A stretch of DNA of 63,923 nucleotides, filler included, from Salisapilia sapeloensis CBS 127946 (Eukaryota > Protista > Oomycota), in assembly GCA_023334545.1 (NCBI GenBank). It is 10 parts of 10 records of this genome, joined end to end, with 100 filler letters (N's around TTAATTAATTAA, not from the genome) between each part and the next. Parts side by side here need not be neighbours in the genome. Positions count along the whole stretch, not along the records: positions 1 to 15,662 come from JAADVB010000363.1; 9 more parts are not named here. One strand, 5' to 3'. The notes beneath the pieces are model-generated. The model saw only the letters and a list, made by a program, of their open reading frames with translations. It did no database searches and had not been told where the DNA came from. Below, in pieces: positions 1 through 11,096 of the stretch. The position numbers and the translations under genes were made by a program. Numbering within the stretch: the first letter of the stretch is position 1; each line of letters begins with the position of its first letter.

Positions 1-141
1 CTTCCTCCACGCAAGATCCGGCCAAGCCCATGATTGCGTGGCCACCAGACGAACAGTGGAATGCACTGCTGGCACACATCCCACGTATTGCATCGACCAC
101 TTACGGCAATGACAAGGATTCATCTAGATACTCCTTAATTT
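1..141. repeat. Left arm of a 141-bp exact terminal inverted repeat of contig 1-15662
   Basis: Bases 1-141 (cttcctccacgcaagatcc...ctccttaattt) are the reverse complement of 15522-15662. Similarity continues imperfectly for about 26 more bp (1 indel, 1 mismatch). Confidence 0.97.
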
Positions 142-570
142 CTACATCTACCAAGTAGAACATGGAACATGTCGTATAGCACGAAAGTTGGTGCGAAATG
201 CTTCATACACTTATGAATGGTCATCCACAAGTCCGTTGGCACAGGCATACCTCACTAATAACAAGTGGCACTTGTTTTCAAGATACAACATCGCAAACAT
301 AGATTTCTCCTTAACTCGACCATACAACCTTCCTTCTACACAAAGATCAGCATGATAACTCCCTCTCTTCTCCCCACACTAGTCCGACCTGTTTCATGCA
401 CACCATGGTGACCTGCCCACGCATTCTCAGGTGCAACTCATCTGCGCCACCCATTTGACTTTTTGGCGGGAAAACGCTCCCAGCCGACCTGAAGCCATCC
501 ATTTTCCAAAACCATCTCGGGAACCGCTACCATTCCCCCCTCTCCATCTCTTTAGAAATACATATATATC

Positions 571-3500
571 ATGGCAGAGTTCTCGCCGGTGCAATTGGAA
601 GCATGCCTTCTACAGCTCACGAATCCCGATACGACGAAAATTAAGGAAGCCGAGGCCGCGCTCAAGCCGTTCTTGAAACAACAGTCGAGCGTCGCCGCCC
701 TCCTGCAGCAATTGCAACAGTCGGACAAGCCTGAGGTGCGTCAGCTTGCTGGACTTATGCTTCGCAAGCGCGTGCTCAAGCACTGGCCCAAGATGGACGA
801 TGCGTCCAAGGCTAGTGCGAAACAGACGCTGCTCGCTCGCGCCGGGGAAGAGCCCGTGCACGTTGTGCGCTCGACCATTGCGTCCCTCATCTCGACGTTG
901 GCACTCCATGAAGTCCCGACGGGCTCATGGCCGGAGCTCATGATCTTCATTAACCAGTCTGCTTCCTCTGCCACGGTACATTCCCATGCCTCAATTTTCT
1001 CTATATCCGTATACTCATGTCGTCAATAGGAACAACAACGTGAGATGAGCATGAACTTGCTGCAGCTTCTTGGCGAGTCCATGGGCACGGAACTCCAGCC
1101 GCATTTCAACGACTTAAAGCAGCTCTTTGCGAATGCGTTGCAAGATCCTCAGAGCCTGAAGGTCCGTGTCGCCGGTATGCGTGCTGCGTGTGGTCTCATC
1201 GACTTCCTCGAAGACGATGACTTGCGTGAGTTCCGTAACCTCGTGCCGTTGATGGTACAAGTGCTCCAGCAGTGCGTCAGCAACGGTGCTGAGACGGAAG
1301 CTGTCGAGTTCCTAGACGTCTTCTCGGAAATCGCTTCCCACCCGTTCCCTGTCCTGGACCAGTCCTTTGCTCCGTTCATGGAACTCCTTGTACAGATCGT
1401 CTTGCATGACAATTTGGAGGCCAGTACGCGGGCATCTGCCTCGTACGCAATCGGTGAGTTCCTCAAGCGAAAGCCGAAGACGGTTGGTAAGAAGGAGCTC
1501 GTGCCCAAGATCTTCACAGCCATGCTTGACATCGTCGCAAACGATGACGAAGTGTCTTGTGGTCTTATCAGTAGCATGCTACAGAAGGATGTGAGCGACG
1601 AGGATGATGGTGACGATGACGAAGGTCCAGGCCACCTCGCCCAGCAGACGCTCGACACACTTGCTCTCAACGTCCCTGCCAAGTACCTCAACAACGTCGT
1701 CTTTGGCATCTGTTCCGAGTACATGCAGTCTCCTGATGCTCAGAAACGCAAGGCTGGTGTCTTGGCGCTAGGTATCCTATCGGAAGGCTGCTGCGAGTTC
1801 ATGTGCCAGAACATTCGCGAGCTCTTGCCGCCAGTCTACCGTGTCGCACAGGATGAGAACCAGCGTGTGCGCGAAGCTGCTGGCTTTGCTCTTGGTCAAT
1901 TCGCCGAGTTCCTCCAACCGACGATCGTGGACCACTTTGGCGACATCTTGCCGCTAGGTATCGCCCTTTTGGACGACCAGACGAAGGAGATTAAGGCTAC
2001 GGCATTGTACATTGTCGATGAGATCACACAGAGCATGGAGGCACATCAGATGCATGCGTACCTCGACACGTTGATGACGAAGCTTGTCAACGTCCTACGT
2101 ACGTCTCCTCCTCAGCTCCAAAAGATGGCACTGGATGCGATTGGAAGTATCGCGATTGGATCTAAAGAAGCGTTCCAGCCGTACTTCCAGACCGTCGCGG
2201 AGCTCATTCAGCCGCTGTGGAACATCACGGACCCCAAGTTCTTCATGCTACGTGGTGCTGCGATCGAGTGTCTCGGATACTTGGCCACAGCTCTTGGTAG
2301 TGATGCCTTCCGTCCGTACTTGGCTCCGTCCATGCCGTTTGTCTTCCAGTCGTTCGAGATGGATGACTCGGAGCTCAAGGAACAAGCTTTCGTCTACTTT
2401 ATCAATGTCTCGAGCATCTTCAAAGACGAGTTTGCACCGTTCTTGGAGAAAGCAGCGACGCAGATTCTACAGGAACTGCAGAATGAAGATGGTCTGAACG
2501 TCATGCAGGATGACGACGATCTTCTAAACGGCTTTGGCTCGGAGGATGATGACGAAGATGATGAAGGACTCGTGCGTCACGTCAGCATCCGCACGGACGC
2601 TTTGAACGCCAAGGTCCGTGCCATCTCGGCCGTCGAGCAGCTCGCGCTCAACGTTGGTGGTATCTTCGATCCGTTTATCCCCAAGTTCCTAGAAGCCTTG
2701 GCGCCGCTCTCGGAGTACATTCACGAAGACGTGCGTGGTGCCGTGGCGGAAGCGCTGTCAGCGCTTGTCGTGTGCTCCTTTGATGCTGCCCACGGCAACC
2801 CAGACGGTCAGGTGTGGACCAAGGGCGACTTGAACAAGGACATCTTGACGCCGAACAACAAGATCATCTTGGACGCCGTCATGAAGAGTCTTATCAACGA
2901 CTTGATGCAGGATACGGAAGAGGAAGTTGTCGAGAAGGCGTTCACGGGTGTTAAGAACATTGCTGCTCGTGTCGGACCTGCTGCTACCGTGGACTACATG
3001 CAGGAGCTCATGAAGAACGTCCAAGTGGTGCTCAATCACGAACACTTGTGCCAAGCCGACGCGGAGGTGCTGGAAGGAGATGACGATGAGACGGATGGTG
3101 GATCTGTGTTGGAAGCGGCGTCGGAACTCGTTGGTGTGCTAGGCAAGTGCTACGGCGAGCACTTCCTCTCGACGTTCCAGGAGATCTTCCCGAAGCTCCT
3201 GTCCTTCACCACTGGTCTCCACTCTGGTCGTGACCGTGCGGCCGTCGTTGGCTGCTTTGCTGAAGTCATTCGTGAACTCGGACCTTCTGCTCTTGGGTTT
3301 ATCGAGAGCGTCTTCCCGGTCGTCATCCAGTCCTTGACGGGAGACAACTTGGTTTTGCGTGCCAACAGTGCCTTCTGCCTCGGTATCTTGGCGGAAGTCA
3401 GTGGCGACAAGCTCTTTAGCGCTTATGAACAGATGCTCACGGCGTTGCGTCCGTTGTTTGACAATGAGAATAACGACGGCGTGGTTGTGGACAATGCCTG

Positions 3501-3861
3501 TGCTGCTGTTGCGCGTATGATGCTGGCTGGAGGCGCGCAGCATGTGCCGGTGGAGCACGTGCTACCAGTGATGCTGCAGGCTATGCCGCTGCAGGTGGAT
3601 GCGGATGAAAGTCCGATCGTCTTCCGCTGCTTGAACGGTCTGGTGCAGGCGCAGAACCCGGCGACGATGAACGTGATGCCGCAGGTGCTCGAAGTGTACG
3701 CGAAGGCTTTGCAGCCGACGTCGAATGTCGCGGAGCAGGAGAAGGAGGACATTAAGCAATGCGTTCGATCGCTCATGGGTACCTACGAAGCGCAGATGAA
3801 GGACGTGATTGGGAAGATGAGTCCAGAGTATCAGCATGCACTTGGCTCGGCGCTAAACTAG
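571..3861 (+). CDS. IPO4: Importin-4 / Kap123-type importin-beta family karyopherin (2 exons, intron 976-1029)
   Basis: N-terminal IBN_N-like segment (LLQLTNPDTTKIKEAEAAL...VRQLAGLMLRKRV), long HEAT-repeat body and acidic loops. A phase-0 GT-AG intron joins ORF 571 in frame to ORF 1045-3861. Confidence 0.88.
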
Positions 3862-3959
3862 GCTGCGCATGGGATTTATTGAAACGAGACCGAAGGGTGT
3901 TATTCATTTTGAAAGTAGAGAAACGAGTTCATTTTTTTCATGACAAACTGGTTGTCGGA

Positions 3960-4556
3960 CTACTTGTAGATGGAGAGCAAGTGTTGCTTGACTTTCTCAA
4001 GTGACTTGTATCGATGCGAAATGGAGTTCTTGGTTGCTTTGTCCAGCTCGGCGTACGTTTGGTCGTAGCCGTCTGGCTGGAAGACTGGGTCCCAACCAAA
4101 ATCCGTCGGACCTCTTGCTGGAACAATTGTACCTGGTGTACGTCCGACGAAAACCTGCGGTTCTGCTGGTTCGCCTCCGGTTTCTTGTGGACCAGACGAA
4201 AATGCAAATGTGCATTGGGCGTATCCAGACTTGTCTGTGTAGGCTGCAAGCATGTTATTCAGACCTTCATGGCCAGTCTTTTCAAGGAACCACTTGACAT
4301 AAGGTCCTGGAAGACCTTTGAGCGCATTGAAGCAGAGCGAAGTGTCTTCTACGAGTACTGGTCCACCGACACGAGCAGCAGCCAGTCGACATTTCTCCTT
4401 GGCAATGTCCTCTGGCTCGCCCTGCAATTCAGGCAAGTCGACGGATTCATTACGCAATTCTACCGGCACCTCAGAGCCTAGGATCGCAGCCACTTCACGC
4501 AATTTATTCGCATTGCCGGTCACAAACGTCACGACTGGCTTGGTACTCATTCTCAT
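3960..4556 (-). CDS. ITPA: Inosine triphosphate pyrophosphatase (HAM1 family)
   Basis: Motifs [40 protein letters not shown] and SHR are all present. Single exon. Confidence 0.97.
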   Translation of the reverse strand: MRMSTKPVVTFVTGNANKLREVAAILGSEVPVELRNESVDLPELQGEPEDIAKEKCRLAAARVGGPVLVEDTSLCFNALKGLPGPYVKWFLEKTGHEGLNNMLAAYTDKSGYAQCTFAFSSGPQETGGEPAEPQVFVGRTPGTIVPARGPTDFGWDPVFQPDGYDQTYAELDKATKNSISHRYKSLEKVKQHLLSIYK

Positions 4557-4684
4557 CTATGCTACGCCTCGTTATGTGTCCACGAGTCGAGTGTATTTTA
4601 GACAATATGCCTATTTTAGGTTCGTAACTTCAACATACTGTGAAGAGACGTGGAGACTTGGCCACAAAACCGCCGGTGGTAACC

Positions 4685-6887
4685 ATGCAGCGTGTCTTCC
4701 AGTTGCATCTACAGCAGTCGATTCTCGAGCGTAGTGTCCAAGTAGGTAAGTTTGATGGATGCCATCCGTCTCTTGTGTGTGGAACGACTTCGGGGAAAGT
4801 CTTTATCCACTCGCCGAATGAACAAAATGAAGTCGATGCTGGTGCTCAAAACGTGCGTTTTCTAAATATCAATCGGAAGATCTCGGCACTCGCAGTCGGA
4901 AAGTTTCGATCTGGGGATGAAGGTGATACGCTTATTGTCGGCACGGAGGCGAATATCCTAGCGTACAATGTTGAGAAGAATTCTGACGTGTTTTACAAGG
5001 ATGTCCCGGATGGTGTCAACACGTTGTTATTTGCTCCGACGCCGTCGTTAAAGGCGACTAGTGGTGTGCATGAGAAGATGGTAGTTGCTGGTGGAAACTG
5101 CTCGTTGCAGGGTTTTAATCATGAAGGTAGTGAGGTGTTTTGGACAGTCACAGGCGACAATGTACGAGCGCTAACGATGACAGACGTATCTGGTCATGGT
5201 CGGAAAGAGATGATCGTAGGCTCCGACGATTTTGCCATTCGTGCTTTTGACAATGAAGATATCGTTCATGAGATCACAGAAACTAGCAAGTTGATTGCAT
5301 TGGCACCGATCCGAAAGTCCTTGTTCGCCTACGCGCTTGAGAATGGGACTGTCGGTGTATACAAAGGCACTCGCCGTGCATGGCGAGTAAAGTCGAAAAA
5401 CATTCCGACAGCAATCTTTGCCTTCGATGCAAATGGCAATGGTGAGAAGGAAGTTATTATTGGCTGGAACAATGGTAAATTTGAGGCAAGGAAGTCTGCG
5501 TCAGGCGAAGTCCTTTTCAAAGACATGTTCAACTCCCCCATTGCAGCTCTCGTTGCTGCTGATTATCTTATGGACGGGAGTGAACAAGTCATCTGCTGCT
5601 CGACAGAAGGCGAAGTGAGAGGATATATGCCAGCGACGGGGGACATGGCAGTTTCAGTTGAAGTAGAGAAGGTGCCGAAAGAAGAGGAGGAAGTCATTAA
5701 GTTGTCCAAATACAAGAGTGCTTTGCTTGCAGAAATAAACACGCTCGAGGCCATGAACTCGAATGATGGAAAGAAAGCTACGAAGCACACTGGACCACGA
5801 ATTCCAAAGGGAAGTGAGATTGAGATGAGACCACTGGCTTCGGCTTCTGCATTATGCTTCTCACTCGAGATCGCTACTGATACAGAAAACATCATAAAGA
5901 TGATTACCATCTACGAGTACGACGTCGGTATCTTTGATAGTGAGTCCCTGGTGATTCGACCAAAGACACAGTCACACAAAGCCATTATTCCTATTCCGTT
6001 GTCAAAGCACGTTGCTGCGAAACTCGACATCAAAGTGCTTGTTGGATCTCGAGGTAGTAATTCCATCTTCCACGTATTTGAACAGAGCTACAAATTGCCC
6101 AAGTTTGCCGGATACTATCAGGTCGATGAATGTCCAAAAGAGTCTCCAGTCGGTCATGTCATATTTAAAACTCCTATGAAGATACCTCAAATGTACGAAT
6201 GGATTCAGCGAGCTTTCTCTTTATCCATTCTTCATAAACGACCAACTTCTCCCCTGGAACTCTACTTCCATTCCTACCAAGACGGCTCTCCTCTCGTGCT
6301 TTCTTTAAAAAGTGACGAAACTATCTTTCGAACGGATAACATGGAGCTTGCTGCGGACCTCGTACAAGACATGTGCTTTTCCTTGGAATGGCGCCATCTC
6401 CAGTCTCTAGCAGAATTTCCAAAGCAAATGGAAGACTTCAAGAAGGTCCTCATGCGTGTAGATGAATGCAACGCCATTCGACTCAACCTTACGGGTGAAA
6501 TGGCAGATGACTCGAATGCTGTTAAGAACTTGGTGATTCGAGCGGAAGATGCTCGCATCTTGAATGACATGTACGAATCTGTAGTTTATACATTTCTAGT
6601 ACAAGTCTAACATGTCGTTGCTCTCTAGGTCACGTATGCGAAGATACTATTCGGAGCTATTCACGTTGAACAATCAACTACTTGGTGAGTACAAGAAACG
6701 AACGACTAATCACGAGGTCCTATTGGAAGCTTTGAAAGAAGTAAACAATATGATCCAACTCGCAGCTCGACTTCGACATGGCAATAGCAAGACAGTTGTC
6801 GTTTCTGCCTGTCGAAAGGCTATTAAGACGAATAACATCCATGCACTCTTCTACATCATTAAAACAGGCAAAGAAGAGAATCAGTGA
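4685..6887 (+). CDS. BBS2: Bardet-Biedl syndrome 2 protein (BBSome subunit); intron about 6571-6628
   Basis: N-terminus VGKFDGCHPSLVCGTTSGKVFIHSP, beta-propeller with VGSDDFAIR, and C-terminal LIRAEDARIL joined to ...NHEVLLEALKEVNNMIQLAARLR...ACRKAIKTNNI. ATG at 4685. Confidence 0.93.
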
Positions 6888-7062
6888 CGAATAGCAGCAC
6901 AAAGTAAATGAAAAATAACACTTTCTTTGGACTAGGCTCAATTCTCGTGACTTTATTCAAGATCATCCAACTAGATGCCAATCTCTCCTTCGACGACATG
7001 TCATTCAATGCATCTCTCCATCACCTTTGTTCCTGCACAACTTTCGTCACAATCCATGTCGT

Positions 7063-10000
7063 TTACCGAAATCGTTTCATCGAAATGTGGATCAGCTGCT
7101 TGAGGCCACGTAGCCAGTCCTTGTGCTGTGTCCATTCCGATCCCGATAGCGCCATGTATATCGATTGCGCCGTGCCAAAGTCACGCTGCGAGAAGCATGA
7201 CACCATCTGCTGTAATCGACCCACGACAGGCGTCGAGACCTCTCCACTACCGAGTTTCGCAGCCAGAATGTCCTTGCTCTTCACCACCTCGTTCATCTGC
7301 TTCTGTTCCATCTACATGATTCCAATCGTTAGTTCACTGCTACGTATGTCCTGTAGGTATATGTAGAGCTTACCATGGTAAGCGGGAGTCCTTGGAGCTG
7401 TCCAACGAGATCATTAAAGGCCTGGACGATGGCAGCTACTTCCTCTGCGGATGGAGGTGCACCTTGCGGAGCTGAAGCAGCACCCATGGGAGACAAAGGT
7501 GCGCTCGAGTGGTTTCCGTACTTCATCGTCAGCTCCTTGTTGCCCACACTACTCACAAACCCATCCTTCTTACGCGCGTTCATATCGCCAGACTGAGTGC
7601 TGATACGAGACGTGGCGTACGACGCAGCTGCTTGCACCGTATTGACGCCTGGTGCCTGTGCCATGGGCGGAGCAGAGCCCGACATGTTCATCGCAGGTGG
7701 CGGTCCTGGCGGAGCTCCATAGCCGCTGGGACTCTGCGGCACCTTCATGTTTGGAGGCGGAGGTCCACTTGACGTTGGACCTCCGAATCCTCTTCCAGGC
7801 TGCTGAGCCTGCAGTCCAGGCAGAGGCTGCTGCTGCTGCGAGTTCTGTTGTCCGGGGTATGGAGGCTGCTGGCCTGGGAAGGCCGACTGCTGTGCTGGAT
7901 ACGGCGTCGTCTGCTGTCCTGGATACGGTGGCGTCTGCTGTGAAGGAGCAGGCGGTTGGCTGTGCATCGCAGGAGGTTGCGGACGATTGAAGCTGCCAGG
8001 CTGCTGCGGTGGTGGTCGAGCAGCCGGCTTTGCCTGGTAGCTCGGCTGTGGTTGCGGAGGGTAGCCTCGTTGCTGCATGCTGTTGCTCTGGAACGACTGC
8101 TGTGCCGGTGCATCCGAGGCGTTGAAGCGATTGCCACCAAACGTAGGCGACTGGGCAGTCTGCTGGTAGCTCGGCGCCGGCTGAGCATTGAACTGGTTCT
8201 GGTTCATGTATCCCTGCTGCTGCTGCTGAGGAGTGACTTGTACGTCGATTTTTTCAAACGGGAAGACAGGCGGCTGGACGCCTGGCACTGGGTTCGCATG
8301 GAAGATCCGGTCTTGCAAGATCATGTTGCTCATGTCATTGTAGATGGCATACTTGGCGGCAATGTCCAATCGACCTTGTGCAGCCATGAGCGAAGCGTAC
8401 TCTGCAAAGTGCGACGCGACTTCATCTCCGAGGGATTGACCCGCCATGCCGACTGCTTGGGAAAAGATCGAGACTTTCTCGACAAGTCGATGCAGTGCTC
8501 TCGAGTGGCCCATGACGTTGCTCTCGACCTCCATCTGCTTCACCCACGCACTCACGCACTTGTCCACGTTGACAGCACACATAAAGCATAACGTCGCGGC
8601 ATGTGCGTCTCCTGCATCCTCTAGACGTTGACCGAGAGCGTCACACAGTTGCTGGAACTCCTGCGGCTCTGCGTAGCTGCAGAAGATCGCGAGTGTCCGA
8701 CGCCAATCACCTACCGGAGCTTCACGCACGAGTGCTTGGAGGTCGTTCGTAACGATCGCGCCGACAATCGACATGACCGGACGCTTCTGACGCGCTAGGA
8801 ACTCCTTTTGCGTCTTGTACCAGAGGTCCGGGCCACCGCAAGACGCAAGCAGCAGAGCGTCTGAGAGCTGGTTGTAGTGCAGACAGCAGTTGACCGCGAG
8901 CTCGAAGTTCCCGACGAGCAGAGCTTGCATGAGCGTATCTTCCGAGTTGCGCGTGTAGATGGGTGGAGACGCAATCTCGAGACGTTCACTCGTGTCTTCT
9001 GAAGCAGGCGGCAGCGAACTCTTCATGTCCGAGACGTTTTCTAGAGAAGACGTTCCGACAGAGTCGTCTGCATGTGCTTCAGACGCGAAGACGTCTTCTG
9101 CACCGACACCTCCATCGTTTGCTGCTTCCTGGAGCATCTGTCCAGTCTCATCTTGCTCTGGCGTTTGTTCAGTAGATGGACAGAACTTGGCGTTTAGTTC
9201 ATTTATACGATCCGTGTCGAGACCCAAGTGCAGGAGCAAGTGATGGCGCGTCTGCTCTTCGAAGAGAATCTTCATAAACGTCCACTCATTCACTTCTTCT
9301 TCCGTCTGTGCCGATGCAATGCGTCGATCACAGTGACCCATAAAGTCACCTTGTTGAAGACATTGGTCCAATGCTTCAGCCTCCTGGACCATCTCGCCTT
9401 CGCTTGCAAAGTGGTGCAAGTGGACGAGTCTACGACGATCGGCGTTCGGAGCTCCTTCCTTCGGGTTCCCAAGCACCAGGAGCTTACCACCAAAGCCAAA
9501 GGACGCACCGACGGGGCGACGACTCCATTTGGGTGCTCTGGAACCAGCGGTACCATGGCCGGACAGTCCCCATACCTGTATCTTGCCATCTAGTGTGCAT
9601 GTCGATGCGACGGCTGGTTCTTTCGCAGCCCACTGGACGTTCCAACGTCGTTGTCCGGCACTTGCACCAAAGGCGAATGGGTCGGATGAGGTGCTCGGGA
9701 CGTCTGGTTGGCCAGAAGGGAACTCAAAGACTGTCTGACGAGAGTAGAGATCCCATAGTAACGTCCGGTTGTCCTTTCCACAGGAGAGCAAGAGACCAGG
9801 GTCACTTGGACACCAAGAAAGCGATAGCACGCCGCCAGAGTGGTCGTGGAACTCGGCGAGAGGCGTCGAGACCGAGTTGCGAAGGTCCCAGAGCTTGATG
9901 ACTGGGTTGTGATCATCGCCAGAAGCCGTGGCGAGCTGCAGACCTTCCTTTGGATTCCACGCAAGAGCAGAGATCATGCCACGCTGCGGATCACGCATCT

Positions 10001-10755
10001 CACACCACGGTTTCTTTTGCTTGAGATCCCACACCACGACTGCTCCGTTCTGAGCACCTGTGGCTAAGATATAGTTCACTTGCGTATTCCATGCGACACT
10101 AGGCATCAAATGTGAGGATTTAAGAGCTCTATATGTTGATAAGAGAGTGCGTACCTAGTGATTTCATTCACTTGCTGCTGGCTATTGGCTGGACCACCAG
10201 GCGTGAAGACACCTGGCGCACTAAGCTTTTCCAACGACACGATGTACACTTCTCCATCACTATACATTCCTTGTGAGGTCCCTATGACGTATAAAGCGAT
10301 TGTAGAGTGTACCTGCCACCAGTAGCAAAGAGGTGGGCACTGTCTTCATGCGGGTTGAACTGGATGGCATTCACATTCCCCTTGTGCTTGGCGATACGAC
10401 CGACTTGGCACGTCGCGGCGTCTTCACCGTCGATGAGTGCCTTTGGGTTCCAGAGCGTGACGGAGCCGTCCGTCATGCCGGCAGCGACAACACCGTACGG
10501 ACAGGTTTCACGGTGGCGAGGAACTTCCCGCCAGGCTAGGCTAGAGAATCGACTTGGCGTCTTGATGGAGCCAAGCGTTCGCATCTCGTGACTAGTGTCG
10601 CTAAGATCCATGCTGACGAGTTTGAACTCGCCTCCGGTTTGCTCAAACCCGACACCATCATCACCCTTGACACCAAGAGCTAGCATACTAGACTTGTACT
10701 TGAGTGGGCTCCATGCCACGGCTGCATTGGCATTCACTTCCTTTAAAAGTGACAT
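7063..10755 (-). CDS. SEC31: COPII outer-coat protein Sec31 (about 4 exons)
   Basis: WD40 N-terminus (AAVAWSP...; DLKQKKP; IKLWDLRN), RAPKWSRRPVGASFGFGGKL, ACE1 helical region, Pro/Gln-rich linker, and a C-terminal helical domain in the 7063-7311 exon. Confidence 0.93.
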
Positions 10756-11096
10756 GATACTTGGATCGTACGATTCTTTATAATCGACTTGTTTTGTATG
10801 AATAAAAGTTGACGAGAGTTTCAGAGGATCAAGTCCTTGATATGTACTAGATCCTTTTGCAATGAAATGAAAGCACAGGAGAGTAGACGACGTATGCCTT
10901 GGACGTCGCACTCGGGTACCGACTCGTGTCTGAATAAGGATCCCTCCCTTCGATATCAATTTTATCCAATCCATGCACTTTTATTTTTTATCTACCAATC
11001 ATAAAAGGCATATCACATTGCACCAATCAGAAATGGATATTTGAGATTCGATCAAGTACGACTAATCTTCCCGCCAAAACATACTCGCAGAGTATA

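Noticed and set aside
7652-9898. Multiple 100-210-aa ORFs overlapping SEC31, and similar ones overlapping importin-4, LACS, PMS2 and the SET gene
   Set aside because: These are antisense or off-frame by-products of GC-rich coding sequence in well-supported genes.
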